Below, piece after piece: positions 13,205 to 26,700 of a DNA stretch of 64,000 bases (within the stretch, counting starts at the first letter, position 1; every line of letters starts with the position of its first letter). The translations under genes were made by a program, and so were the position numbers. Under the pieces are notes generated by a model. It saw nothing but the letters and a program-made list of their open reading frames with translations, had not been told where the DNA came from and did no database searches. The stretch is taken from the NCBI GenBank assembly GCA_024137785.1, contig JAHRHZ010000038.1, positions 7,516,444-7,580,443 on the forward strand. Reading direction: 5' to 3'. Source of the stretch: Ginglymostoma cirratum (lineage: Eukaryota).

Positions 13205-13862
13205 GCTTACGTTAGACAGAGGTTCACTTACACATCCGTCGATGTGGTTTATTGCATCTGCTGCTCCCGAAGTGGCCTGCCCTACATCGGCGAGACCAAG
13301 CAGAGGCTCAGAGACTGATTTGTAGAGCAACTGCGCTCTGTTCATGACAAACAGCATCGCTTCCCGGTCACAAACAAGTTCAACTCCCCCTCCCATTCCC
13401 TGGGCAACTTGTCCATCCTGGGCCCCCTCTAATGTCGCAATGGAGCCACCCAAAAACTGGAGGAGCAGCACCTCGTATTCTGCCTCAGGAGCCTACAGCC
13501 CAATGGCCTTAATGTGGATTTTACCAGTTTCAAAATCTCCCCACTCCTGGCCTCATCCCATGAGTAATGCTCCCTCTCTTCCCCGCCTCCTTTACCTGAC
13601 ACAACCTGTCCATCTTCTCTCCCACCTTTCCGCTCCTCCCACCTCACTGACCAATCCCCAACACTCCCAACCTGCACTCACCCATCATCATCCCACCTAC
13701 CTTCCCCAGCCCCACCCTCCTCTCCCTATTTATTTCTGAGCTCCCTTCCCCTTCCCCATTTCTGAAGAAGGGTCCTGACCCTAAACGTCAACTTTCCTGC
13801 TCCTCTGATGCTGCCAGAACTGTGTTGTTTCTGACTCCAGAATCTGCAGTTCTTACTATCTT
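13205..13862 (+). mobile_element. Penelope-like element 3' fragment (GIY-YIG endonuclease and tail with degenerate hammerhead)
   Basis: FTYTSVDVVYCICCSRSGLPYIGETKQRL; C-rich tail; CTGAAGA-AGGGTC-CT-GACCC-TAAA-CGTC at 13762 (GAAA mutated to TAAA). Confidence 0.88.
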
Positions 13863-16800
13863 TGAAGATATCTGAAGTTGTTGTCTTAGGTCTGGTTCAT
13901 TGTTCCTTTCAGGCTAAGGTGTGAATAGGACTTCTAACTGAACCATGGTTCCAGACAGCTATCCCTGTTAAAAATCCAAGGTTTTGGTCCAGTATTCTAA
14001 ATGACAGGGATTTTTGCTGACTCCTACAAAGGGCAATTAGGGTGCTGTTCTTTAATCTATAATTGTACATCTAATGCAAAGTGATCACACCCCATTGATT
14101 CCTTGGCTATTATCAACAAATAGCCTTTTACCAAACTCACTATCCTACATTCTTCTGCTTCCTGCATCTTACTCAGTTGCAAAGAAAAATCTGTTGCACT
14201 GTCATTGGAAAACAATCAAAGTTCTGCAAACACACAACAGAAGCAAAACATTAGAACTTCTATTACAGTGTTTATCGCTTCAAATTCTGTCAGCCATCAA
14301 ATGATCCCTCCCTTCAGTGAGCATCTAAACACTAAGCACCTGACGGCCAATCATAATTTGCATTTCTGTGATCTTTTACCCTAAATTTAAAAATATAATA
14401 GAAGCAAGCCTTGCTCACAGACTGGCCTGGTCACTGCCCACCTCCCCTTTCCTCGACCCAATGAACCATGGGTGAATTAATCACCATTGGCAGTTCGTGC
14501 TAAATGTACTCATATGCAGGCCCTTCCAGGAACCTGCAAAAATTAACTAAGCTGGATCCTTTGGAGGCACAGGTTCAATTGGTACTCAGAGTTTTGAATG
14601 AATTAATTCTAAATTTACTGAGAAAATGACCACTATATCCCAATCTAAGCAGAAAATGCTCCTAGTTATTTTCCAAAAGTCAGTTTCAGTTGCTTAAATT
14701 CAAGTTACTCACACGTGGTGCATTGACACTGACTTAAAATGCTTATTTTTGTAATAAATTCTATTTCAGCTTTTTTATTTGAAGTTTATCAAGCCATCAC
14801 TGTTAAAGGTGTCAGAATATTGTTTTAAACTTTCTTTTTAACAATTACGTTCAAAAGTGCTGCCCAATAACGCTTTTAATGGCAAATTTTGTATTTGAAT
14901 AGAAACTTGAGAGTTTCAGAAACTCAGCCCCTGTGTATTTAAACTGCTTTTTGTTTTCTGAAATTTCAGACTCTTCCAAAACATACAAATATCTACTTTT
15001 TTGGACTCACCACAGATAACCTTAAAAGATAAGCCACGAGTTCCTATTTAAATCTGTACCAATTCGTTGCTACTGAAGCTTGTGAGCACAAAATGTCATT
15101 AAGCACAACATGCAAATATTATTGAATATAAAAATATGTATTATCTGCCATCTTGTGAGAGCTTGTGGGTACTGCACATGTGAATGATACAGATAATTAT
15201 ATATTTACTGCATTGACTTCTTTGGAACCAATGTAATTGATTAGGATATATTCAAAGAAACTTATTTCAATCTGAAGGTTTTATGAAATAAAAACCAAAT
15301 GAATTAGAAGTGGACATAATAGTTGTTTGTAAATTTGTTTCGTTATTAAACACTTATCAAGAATACTACAGGAATTACTCATTTCCTTGTTCAGAGGAGT
15401 TTGTGGTTCATTGGGTGTGTGTTCATGTGACTTTGTATAAAGAACACCTCTATTATGTATGTCATGTGGAGTGACGCAGAATTACACAAACTGGAATAGT
15501 TCCAGCTTTGAACGCTGGTGTGCGGTGAGATAGCTGCATTGGCAGGGAGACATTGCATTATGCCTCTAGCATGAGACTGCACTTGGAAAATGCAAATGTA
15601 TGGATGTCGGGAAGGATGAAAACCAGCTCAGTTATGATGCCCCATGGGTTATCAGTTCATCAAAAGTCAATTTAGGCATGTAAAAAGTCATTTACACCAA
15701 GTACTTTAGTTTTAACCACATTTAAGCAAACGTACGGGGTGCAACATGCTGACTTAAGAATGGAGTAAGAAAGAGAATGGTAAGAATTAGAAAGATGTAA
15801 TGTTTACTACTTGCTTGTTTGGCTTCCAACTTCAGATATCCTTTTACCTTCTCTATCATTCAAAATAAATGGTTCAGACTAGAAAATATATTTCCTTATC
15901 TCACACTTGCTCAGTTGACTCCCATTAATTGCTTATGTTGACTTTTGTTTTTGATATTACCAAAACCCGTATTAAATTGCAACTGCAGGTCAGCATACTA
16001 ATATGATCTTGATTAAGTGGTGTTCCTGTTTCTATTTGCATATACGCAAGCATAGTCAAACAAGCATTATTTAATTTTAGTAATTATTTGTAATTGAACT
16101 TGTATGGTTTATTGTTTATTAAATTAATAAACAATACAATGGATGTATTGTTGAAGACTGAATTAGAAGTATAGTTTAATGTTGACTGACACCTTGCAGT
16201 TAACTAGTCTAACTTAAAATAAATAATTCTGAGCCATCAATTGGCTGAAATGATTTCTGTGAAAACAGGATCTTGTCTGTCTGTGAAAACAATTAGCAAA
16301 AGGTTAAAAAGAATAATTAGATTATTTCAAGAAGATATGCAAAGAAAATTGCATTCACCTTGTGGAGAGGACAGGTTTCCTAAAAAAAGCAATGGCACTT
16401 CTTGGCACAGGGCCTAGGAGTACTATTAATTCAATCTAGCGGCTTGGCAGCTTTGCTTGTTGCCAATTCTCAGGAAAATTATATGCAGACTATTCTGTGG
16501 AATTCGGGGTTGCCTGATTTGGCAAAGATATGAAATACTTGCATCATTGTAAGTAATATATTTTTTAATCATGGATGTTAAATTTTGCAAATTAATTTGA
16601 AATATTCTGCATTCAAATTAACTTTAGCAAAATTGGTGTAACTGGGCAAATCCTCCAGGCTCAAATATTTATAAATCATGCTAACATAACGATGCATTGA
16701 ATCAATATTTAACTATTGTCATATATTTGATGGTTTAGGTAATCATAATGCAGGAAATTGATATTAACAATAGTTTCTTTGCTAATTACCTTTCAATGAA

Positions 16801-17049
16801 ATCTAGTCATTTTTCATCTTTTCATCATATATGCAAATACTAGCCCTGTTATTTAGTACAATATTTTCTAAGCTTTGACCAATATAACAACTATTTTTGG
16901 TAACTATTCAGCTATTCATGAATGCAATTCATCTTGTCTTATTCTGGACTTTTTTACACCATGTACCTTCAGGGAAGAGGAAGAAAAGGATAATGTATTC
17001 ACAAACAATAATTACAGCCAAAGAATCAGTTTAGTTGAAATTATTACAG

Positions 17050-17210
17050 AAACAGAGAAACATGGAAAACAGGTGCAGGAATAGGCCATTTGGCCCTTTG
17101 AGCCTGCACCACTTACATGGTTGATCATGCAGTTTCAATTTCCAGCTTTCTCTCTATACCCCTTGATCCTTTAGCCGCAAGGGCCATGTCCAGCTCCCTC
17201 TTGAATATTA
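17050..17210 (-). mobile_element. CR1 3' tail remnant
   Basis: 'aggaataggccatttggccctttgagcctgc' is the reverse complement of the CR1 3' stem-loop. Confidence 0.65.
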
Positions 17211-17869
17211 ATTAGAATTAATTGCATGAAATGCCTCTGGAAATCTCTCACACGCGGACTCAAAAGCAAAGGGAGAAAATGAGATTAAGACAAATACCCT
17301 CTGTCTCAGGAGTTGATACAGAAAGATACAGTGAGTGTAAACAAAGCACTAAAGGTAACAGAGATGGGTTTCAGTGCAGAACCACGGATTGCCATCAGTT
17401 TCTGGGATGTAGGATGTGATTGGTACTGCAACTCCTTCCCAATCCCACTCATTGACCATCTCGTACGCGTGATTCTCCCTCTCCTATTCACCTTCCCACT
17501 TGCTTCTTTCTCCTAAACCCCACTTTGAACAAGAGCTCATTGAGAGGGATGGTAGAGATATGAAGCAAGCAAAAGAGCAAGGACAGCTGTAAGCGGAGAG
17601 AGTTGAAATGGAAACAGGTCAGGGTGTGGGGAGCACGTGAGAATGTTTCAGGATTGAAACAGTGAGCAAGAGAGAATCAGGAAGAGAATCAATAGTGGGA
17701 GAATCCAGGAGGAAAGGATCAAGCTGGAGAGGGTACTCAAAGCAAGCAATGAGAATCATAGAGCTGCTGAACTTTTTACTGTCTTTGTCGAAACAGTTTG
17801 ATGCTTGCTCATCTTTGAATCTGCACCAGATCAAGTAGAATATTCACACATTTAAGCAATTTGCACAGA

Positions 17870-19970
17870 ATTACAGAAGTCTTACACTGGGGTGGGGAGA
17901 TGGCGGAGGTGGGGACATGCAGCCATCATGCTTGCATTCACTGTTCATGTGAGCATCATTATGTAGTGCCAATTTCCTGCTTTATCCCCACAATCTTGCA
18001 AACTTTTTATCCAAGTAACCATCCAATGTCCTCTTGAAGGCCTCAACTGAACCTACCTTCACCACATTTGCAGACAATGTTCTCTATACCCTAAATTCTC
18101 ACTGAGTGAAAACGTTTTTCTCCTATCACTATTGCTTCTTTTGCAAACCACTTTAAACCTATGTCCTTTCGTTCTTGTTCCTTTTACAAGCAGGAACAGT
18201 TTCTCCCTATGTACTCTAGTTAGCCCACTCATCATTTTGAAGGCATTTTATCAAATTTCCTCTCCAACACCCTCTCTCTAGGATGAACAATCTGAATTTC
18301 TTCAATCTATCTTCGTAACTGAAGTTTCATATCCTTGGAAACATTCTTATAAATCACTTCTGCACGAACCCTGATGCATTCACATCCTTCTATGGTGTAG
18401 CATCCAGAACTGTACACAATACTCCAGCTGAGATCTAACGAGTTCAACATCACCTCTTTCTCTTGTATTCTGTGCCTCTATCAATAAAACACAGCATACG
18501 TTATGCTTTACTCTCCACTTCCTCTATCTGTTCTTTTACTTTTAATCATCTATGCACAAGTACATTCAGGTCCCTCATGTCCTGCACATCTTTTAGAATT
18601 ACACCCTGTGTTTTATACTATCATTCAATGTTCTTCCCACCAAAATGCACCACTTCAGATTTCTCTGCAAACTTCACTCGGTGTCGATGTTGTTTTTGGG
18701 TTCTGTATTGTCGTCCTCACAGTTCACAGTGCTTCCAAGTTTCATGACATCTGCAAATTTGGAAACTGTACCCTGCACTCCAAGGTCTGGATCATTACTA
18801 TGTATCAGAAAAAGCAAGGATTCCAATATTGACCCCTGCAGAACCTGACTACAAATTTTCGTTCAGCCTGAAAAATGTCCATTGACCATTGTTTAGAGTT
18901 TAGAGCCATAATGCAAAGAAACAGACCCATTGGTCCAACTTGTCCATGCCAACCAGATATCCCAAACTGATCTAGTCCCATTTTCCAGCATTTGGCCCAT
19001 TTCCCTCTAAACCTTTCCTAATCATGTACACATCCAGATGCCTTTTAAATGTTGTCATTGTACCAGGCTCCACCACTTGCTCTGGCAGCTCATTCCATAC
19101 ATACACAACCCTCTGTGTGGGAAAGTTACCCCTCAGGTCCTTCTTAAATCTATTCCCTCTCACCTTAAACATATGCGCTCTAGTTTTGGATTCCCCTACC
19201 CTGGAGAATAGACCTTGGTTATTCACCCTATCTATGCCCCACATGATTTTATAAACCTCTATAAAGTCACCCCTCAGCCTCGGACATTCCAAAATTAAAT
19301 CCTCCACCACAACCCTCCGTCTCCTACTTTTGAGCCAATTTTGTATCAGTAGGCTAGCTCCCCCTGGATTCCATGTGGTCTAACCTTGCTAACCAGTCCA
19401 CCGTGCAGAAACTTGTCAAATACCTTGCTAAAGTCCATATAGACAATGTCCACCACTCTGCCTTCATCAGCCTTCTTTCTCACTTCTTCAAAAAACTCAA
19501 TCAAGAGACATGATTTCCCAAAGCCATGTTAATTCTTCCTAATCAATCCTTGCCTTTCCAAATGCATGTAAATCCTGTCCCTCAAAGTCCCTGCCAACAA
19601 CATACCCACCACTGAAAAGGTTGCCTGTCATTCTTCTTAACTCCAATGAGTACAGGGCCAGCCTATCAGCCTCTCCTCATAACAGTCCCTCCGTACCTGA
19701 CATCAGCTCAGAGAACTTCTCTGAACTGCCTCCAATGCTGGCATATCTTCCCTTAGATAAGGGCCCCAAAACAGTATTCCAGCTTTGATCTGACTAGTCC
19801 CTTGCTTAGATTTAGCAAGACCTCAATATTTTTAAATGCCATTTCCTTTGAAATAAAGGTCAACATTTCATTTGGCTTCTCTATTAATGGATGCATTTGT
19901 ATGCTAGATTTATGCACCTGGTCTCCCAAGTCTCTTTGTGCTGCAGCTTTCTACAATATTTGCTCGTTGT
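17870..19970 (-). mobile_element. Cluster of nested CR1 LINE fragments, including a younger HER1-like 3' end at about 18895-19285
   Basis: ORF 18972-19310: RLRGDFIEVYKIMWGIDRV...TQRVVYVWNELPEQVVE...FKRHLD (CR1 ORF2 C-terminus); flanking older CR1 RT pieces. Confidence 0.85.
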
Positions 19971-20759
19971 TTCCTATCACTCAGGAAATTTTGTATATAT
20001 GTTGCGACTGACCATTTTATTTTATGACCAATAACTTTCCTCACAAGTCCGTTATGTTATGGGTTGTTCCAGAGCTTAAAATATAAGACATCGAAAACAG
20101 GAAATCAAACAATCCAACCATTGTCTAAACCCTTGCAACTCATGTAATTGAAATAATCTTAGCCCAATGTGGGACCATTGGTCTTTTCAAGTTTCCTGAT
20201 CTGACAATGACCTTCCTGCTCAGAGCTCACCTCCAAATTAAAATCCAGGCCAAAATATTAAAGCTTGGTTCATAGACCTTATTATATCAGCCAGATGTGA
20301 CCGTTTTCCTGCAAGCATAAACTGGAAAGTGGTGAAAGAGAAATGAACAGTCAAAATCAATGAATTAATAAACTAGACTGAATACCAACCATTTGGTGCA
20401 TCAGTGTATTTTTAGGGAGAAAACTGGCTAGTTCATTGGTCACCACCCATCCTTTGATAAGAGGATTGTGTATCACAATGGTGGGCATGGCTAAGCTGAA
20501 GGATCAGGCTCAGGGAAATGTTGAGAGATCAAGACTTTAATGAAAGAATTTAGAGGGAACATGCAGAAGCTCAAATAATGGTGTTGATGGGGAGTTCAAG
20601 GAAGAAAATCAAATAAAGATTTTGGGGTTGGGAGGAGTGACCCATTGATTACCAGGATGAGGCAGTGACTCATTCTGTGAAACGTTACCTGTGTTACTTC
20701 CATCTTCATCCAAATTGCTAATGTGCAATGGCAACGAAAAATGACTGCTACCACACCTT

Positions 20760-21410
20760 GGTTTTCTTTCATGGGACGTGGGTATCCCTGGCTAAGCCAG
20801 CATTTATTGCGATCCCTACTTGCCCTTGAGAAGGTGGTGGTGAACTGTCGTCTTCTACCACGACAGTCCATTTGGCGTAGGTAGACCCACAATACTGTTA
20901 AGGAGGGTGTTCCAGGATTTTTACCCAGTGACAGTGAAGGAACAATGACCTATTTCTAGTCAGGAAGTTGAGTGGTTTAGAGAACTCACAGGTGGTGCTA
21001 TTCCCATGTATCTGCTACCCTTGTCCTTCTAAATGGAAATGATCATGAGTTTGGAACTTGCTGTCTAATGAGCACAAATGAGTTGTTCTAGTGTATGTTG
21101 TAGATGGTATATACTGCTGCTACTGTGCATTGGTTGTGGATATGGTACCAATCAAGCAGGCTGCTTTGTAGCAAATGATGTCAGCCTTCTTGAGTGTTGT
21201 TGGAACTGTAATCGTTCAAGCATATGGAGAGTATTCCATCACATTCCTGATTTGGGCCTTGTAGATGGCAGGCTGGTTATGAGGAGTCATAAGGTGAGTT
21301 ACTTGCTGCATGATTCCTAGCCTTTGATCTCCTCTTGTAGACACAGTATATATATATGACTAGGCCACTTCAGCTTCTCGACAAACGTAATCCCCTGGAT
21401 GTTGATAGTA
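20760..21410 (-). mobile_element. 5'-truncated LINE X copy
   Basis: 'catgggacgtgggtatccctggctaagccagcatttattgc..cttgcccttgagaaggtggtggtga' is the reverse-complemented tail. Confidence 0.8.
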
Positions 21411-22468
21411 TTGAAAGTTTTCTGTACCTTTGTTGCACAGTAACAATCTGCCCTTTGTAGCTGGATCCCTTAGTCGTGGTTCCAATGGACCTGTGTGAGG
21501 ACTATCAGATAACAGAACAAGTTGCTAGTAAACCAGACTAATATCACACATAAATGAAAGTTCAGCATAATTCTCAATACAATGGGACACGGAGGACTCC
21601 CACAAGAAAGACTGTAGAATACCTCTACTTAGACCCTTGACATGGTGGAAAAATTGAGGAAGAACATGGTTGGCAGCAATTGACCTGTTGCACAACAAGG
21701 TTACATGTGGTGCCAGTGGAGCAAATCTCAGAAGGCCTTAGCCATGGCAAGTACTTCCAGTGCTGGTGAGCACGCAATAGTGCAATTGCAGTGCCATAGA
21801 GTTGTGATGTATGCACAATGAGGTGAGCAGTATAAAATTGCACGTGAGAAGTGGCTAGAGCTCATGCAGAGAAATTTTCCTTGAAATTGGCACTTGCCTG
21901 AATTTTGGTAAAATTCAACACAAAATTCTAATATAAATTATACTTTTTATACATGAATATTAGTGGCAGTCTTGTACAAGAGACCTCAGTCACTTCATCT
22001 CTTGAGAATGCTGATTAATATTTAATTTTTCCCAACCTTTTAGCATTACTTATTTCATGTACAATCATTGTCTGGTTCATGATTGAAGTTCTTGTTGAGA
22101 ACAAAGCTTTTTGAATTATTTTCCAGCCTGAAATACCATTCTTTAATTTTGATTAAAAGTAGAAAATAACATAGAGCTAGAAGAGTTGCATGTTTCTAAT
22201 AGTCCAAACATTTGTTGTGATTTAACTATCAGTTTTCCACTGATTCAGGAGTCCGTACTATATTACTTGTTTGTCAGTGCTTGCCTTGCAATTGAATAGT
22301 TCATTGTTAGTCTGTTTTCATATTAAAGATTGCTGCTTGAAAAATTCAGTTCACTTCAGTAAGTTTAATATCTGCTTTTTGCATAAACTGTTGTTAACAA
22401 CTTCAAGTATTTATTATTTAATAGCTGCAATAAAGAAAAATTAATAATGGCTTTTTTTTTTCCAATAG

Positions 22469-22516
22469 GTTTGATATCATACACTGAGTACTTATTCCTT
22501 CTTGGTATTCTGACAA
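22469..22516 (+). CDS. MICU2: MICU2-like coding exon (48 nt; G-LISYTEYLFLLGILT-K)
   Basis: Long poly-T tract then ccaatAG acceptor; A|gtaagt donor; GLISYTEYLFLL is the MICU2/3 signature; phase 1 to phase 1. Confidence 0.96.
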
Positions 22517-22737
22517 GTAAGTTGGGTTAAAGGGCAGGGAACCTTTTGGCGTCCCGTGGTTATTGATACAAAAACTGTTTTCTTTCTTAAATAAGCTTTT
22601 TTTTTAATAATAACTTCAAATCAATTATCTTTTGATGTTTAAGCTCATTAGTGAATACAGAATAGATTACTTATCACACTCCGCCACCAATTTGTAGAAG
22701 TGGTATTGGTCCTAGTTGGGCAGCTTTGCTGAAGTCT

Positions 22738-22842
22738 ACAGGAACAAAGATAGAAGATTTTGGAAGCACCCACCAGCTCTGGAAGCATCTGTGGAGGGAG
22801 CAGAGAAGTTGATGTTTCAGGTGTTTACCCTTTGTCAAACTG
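22738..22842 (-). mobile_element. Penelope-like 3' tail remnant
   Basis: 'ctggaagcatctgtggagggagcagagaagttgatgtttcagg' is a reverse complement of the hammerhead/tail segment, decayed. Confidence 0.5.
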
Positions 22843-23274
22843 CACTTGAGGTCCGCCAACAAACCAGTCTGTCCGGCAGTACTGCTATGTAATTCCAGAT
22901 TGTTCTTATTTTTTCCATGTTTCCCGATGCACAATGTTTATTTTTTGCTTTTGTTCCTTGTTGAGTACAGAGAAACATTTCACTGCATGGTAGAAACAAC
23001 CAGGGAGCATTCTAGATATATAATGAGCTGCAATAGATTTAAAAAGCTAAGTTGATTTAGGCAACGGGTTTTGAATGGAAGCATTAAAATGTTTTAAAAT
23101 GTTAAGTTTTAAGACAACTTGCCTAAAATTTGTCAAGTTTCTGGTCCAGCAGAGGCAGCACTAGGAGCAACAACCGATCTGCTTTCAAGTTAGCTAAGGT
23201 TCAGATGGTAGAATTTTTACCTAAGTTTGTGCGTTCATATCATTCCTCAACAAAGGAGTTGAGTATGAAAATTT

Positions 23275-23532
23275 GTATTCTCTAGTGCAGAAATGAGGAA
23301 GTGCTACAATGTCAAAGGTGTTATCTTTCAGATGAGATGTTAAAGTCCCATGATAGTATTTTGAAGAAGACTAGCTGAGATATCTCCAGTGTCAATATTT
23401 ATCTCTTAATGTGCATCACTGAAACAGTTGTCTGGTTATTATCATATTACTTTGTTTGTTATAGTTTGCTGTGCACAAATTGTTGTCTTCTTTCCGGCAT
23501 TACAACAATGCCAGTGCTTCTAAAGCACTTTG
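23275..23532 (+). mobile_element. Deu-SINE remnant
   Basis: 'gtgctacaatgtcaaaggtgttatctttcagatgagatgttaaa...ttttgaagaaga...aatatttatc...tgctgtgcacaaattg...cattacaaca' follows the Deu-domain consensus. Confidence 0.7.
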
Positions 23533-24799
23533 AATTACTTTTATGCAAAATGCATAGTATAAGTTTTTCAGGAGAAATAAGGTCAATCATTAAAACATCG
23601 TAAGGAGGCTACATATCTCCATTATGACATAAGTTCTATTTTTAACAAGTCATTCAGATTTTCCATGTGTCAGCAAGCCCAGTAGATCTATAAGGTGAAC
23701 TCACTGAAAGTGGATCAGGAGGAGCAGCAATGTTACCTCTAGGCCATCAGTCTCTAACATTTTTAAGCAAAAGATCACTTTTGAATTAAAGTGACATCAA
23801 GGATCTACATCTGAAAAAACAAGTTTATTTTTAGTAACATGTAAATCTAAAGCTGAATGTATACGAATATTAGTTTTGTCCTCTGCTCACCAAGTCTCAT
23901 TATGACACCTGTGACTGTACATTATTCCAGCAGCACATTGAAGTCAGGGCTGCAGTTTGAGTCTGCTAGTCATATACAATCCATCAAATGGCTACCTATG
24001 AGGCAGGTACAATACTTGGATTTGATTGTCTTATTTTGTTTTAATTTTAACCATGAGAATGGTGCCTCACAGAAGTATGTGGAGCCAAAGTAAGCTTTCA
24101 TTTTGGTAGTTAGATTCCTTAGCTCTGACGATAGCCTGCTCTATCAATGTTTATAACCTATGTGAGCCCCTTCTAGTAGCGTCATCAAGTTGGTTCCCTA
24201 TTTTTATGTATGACTTACACTATACCTTATATGTTGTCTTGTTTGATCCCTGGCTTGATGGTTATAGTAGATTAAGGGATTTACTGGACCATGAGGTTAC
24301 ACTTTGTGTTTGGATACAATTCTGCTACTACATTGATGGTCTGCAGTACCTCATAAATGCCCAGTTTTGAGCAACTACATCTATTCTAAGTCTGTTTCAT
24401 TTAGCATGGTATTATCGCCATCCAGTGCTATGCGCATTATTCTCAGCTTGAAACTGGGACTTGGTCTCCATTTATCTATTTCTCAGAGTGCTTGTTGCTC
24501 AGAGCAACCTTTAAAATGACCTGATCCAGAATCACCACCAACCTTGTTTGAACTATTTAGATTTTTGCAAACATTTGCGGCTGTTTTACATTCCACATAT
24601 AATATCAACCTTGACATTTTCCACTACAGATTAATGACAGTGTGTGACTACCTTTGCCAGATTAGCATAAATTCACATCAAAATCTTCAATCAGGCCCAG
24701 ATTTCCAAATAAAACTTTTGCAGAATTATAGCAGGATAAAAATTAACATTTTTCAAAGTGGTGCCATGGAAACTTTTGCATACACCTGAAACTAGTAGG

Positions 24800-24960
24800 C
24801 AAGGCCTCAGTTTGATATCACATTTGAAAATGGCATCGCGTTCATGCAATATACCCTCAGTAGTGCACTAGAATATTGGCTTAAATGTTCATATCTCTGG
24901 AGTGAGACTTGAACCACAATCTCTGGCTCAGGCAAAACTGCTACTAACTCCCCCATGGCT
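24800..24960 (-). mobile_element. Deu-SINE head remnant
   Basis: Reverse complement gives a tRNA-like head (gtggttcaagtctcactccagaga) and the start of the Deu domain. Confidence 0.55.
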
Positions 24961-26084
24961 AATACCAGCATAGTATTAGAATTATCTTTAAACCTTCCAA
25001 TGTTATGCTGCTGAGAATTGCTGAATATTTTTCAGTGCGGATTCATTTTCTATTCAAGATATTGGTGCTATTTGTACCTCCTAATCCTAACTCTCACATC
25101 TGAGGAGGAAATTTCAATGATATTGCTAAAAGCCCACAAAGTGCATTAATAATGTCCACTGAAGGAGCAGAATCTGACAGTGAATACCACCTCACTCCCA
25201 TTCAGGCATACTATCGAAACCTGTAGTAGCATGGAAAGTACCTCACACTGTGAGGAACCTGACAGAAGGAGGTACTACATTAATTCTCCTCTAACCCTTT
25301 TGTCACTGTGTACGAGGAGTGATTTGTTGTGATTGAGACACTTTTGTCATCAAGATGATATAATGGAAGTAAACTCTTCAAAACTATTGCCTAGGGTCAC
25401 TACACACCTGCACACACAGAAGGGAAGGGTTGAGTTACTCTGGGCAGAGCTGAAGCTACTGATCCATGTCCTCTTCCTTCTCTGAGTAAGCAGCATCCCA
25501 CAAAAGTGAGATCAAAGGAAAATCTCGTTGGTTCCTGAAACCTGCCTGCAAGATTAAATTTAAAAATATTATTTTAGAAAATGTATTTTTTAAAGAAAGG
25601 TATACATTTAAGAAAATGTAAGAACTGTGTAGAATATTTGAAAAGGGAAGCTTAAACAGCATTGTGGAAATTTGCTAAAAACTTCCAGTAAAGTTACTAA
25701 ACTAATAAAAATTAAGTAGTAAAATTCCGTTTTGCCTTTAGCAACTGGAGACCCACATTACCTAAGGCACTGCCTGTTACTCATAATCATTGGGCAATCA
25801 CAGAAGTAATTGTAGGCCAGTAATAAACCTTGTCTGCTCTGTCAGTTACAAGGATGCAACTCTGATGATTGTCACCCACGTAGAAAAAGTAATTACTTAG
25901 GATGGATTCTTGATGTTAGTCAGTGTATCTCCCACCCCTTATAACTGTGCCGTACGCATTCCCAGTTTTGCACCTTTGATTAGTTTGGATACACACTGGT
26001 CTAAGCACCAAACACAGAGGAATCCAACTCATAGACTTCTGCTTACAAAATAATGTTAATGAGAGGACTTTCTTATGCTTACAG

Positions 26085-26167
26085 AGCCACACACTGGATT
26101 CCATATTGCCTTTAGTATGCTGGATACTGATGGAAACCAACAAGTGGAGAAAAAAGAATTTCTAGTG
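26085..26167 (+). CDS. MICU2: MICU2-like coding exon (83 nt; K-PHTGFHIAFSMLDTDGNQQVEKKEFLV) containing EF-hand 1
   Basis: cttacAG acceptor, GTG|gtaatt donor; canonical EF-hand loop D-T-D-G-N-Q-Q-V-E-K-K-E; GFH and MLDTDGN favour MICU2 over MICU3. Confidence 0.95.
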
Positions 26168-26604
26168 GTAATTTATTCATATGTTGTTAAAATTAAGTTG
26201 GTGTTAACAATATGCTTCATGATTGCACCCTTCTCTTATCTGGCTTCAGTATTACACCAAGATATGGAGGAAGGCAGTATTTATTCCACAGTACAGTTCA
26301 AAAATGCACATAATGTATTAGACTCAGAAGCAGGGTCACATGTCGTCAATGCTGATGTTGATACTTCAAATGAACCTGCTCCAATTTAAAATACTTCATC
26401 CTATCTACGGTCTCATGTTTCTCTATTTCTTTCTTCCTTGTGTATGTATCAGTCTTAACTGTGAATGTATCTCTCCTTGAGACACGTCTCCAGGTTTATG
26501 CGAATCAACCATTCCATGTGATTGCAAGTTCCACATTGCCACCACATTCTTCAAAATCCAATTCCAGAATTTGATTGCATAATTTAGACTGCAACTTCAC
26601 TACA

Positions 26605-26700
26605 GCACTATCAAATGTGTCTCCTTTTGGCTGAGATGTTGATCTGAGACTCCATCTGCTTTCTCAAGTGGGTATAAAAAATCCAATGGTACTTTTTGAC
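26605..26700 (+). mobile_element. Deu-SINE central fragment
   Basis: 'ggctgagatgttgatctgagactccatctgctttctcaagtgggtataaaaaatccaatggtact' resembles the Deu domain. Confidence 0.5.

Noticed and set aside
17560-17765. Purine-rich stretch with recurring GAGAATC
   Set aside because: Irregular spacing, low complexity, no assignable structure
26168-26389. ORF 26075-26389 reads through the exon into a hydrophobic intronic extension (possible truncated membrane isoform)
   Set aside because: Good donor GTG|gtaatt at 26167/8, no nearby AATAAA and no homology; a chance open frame
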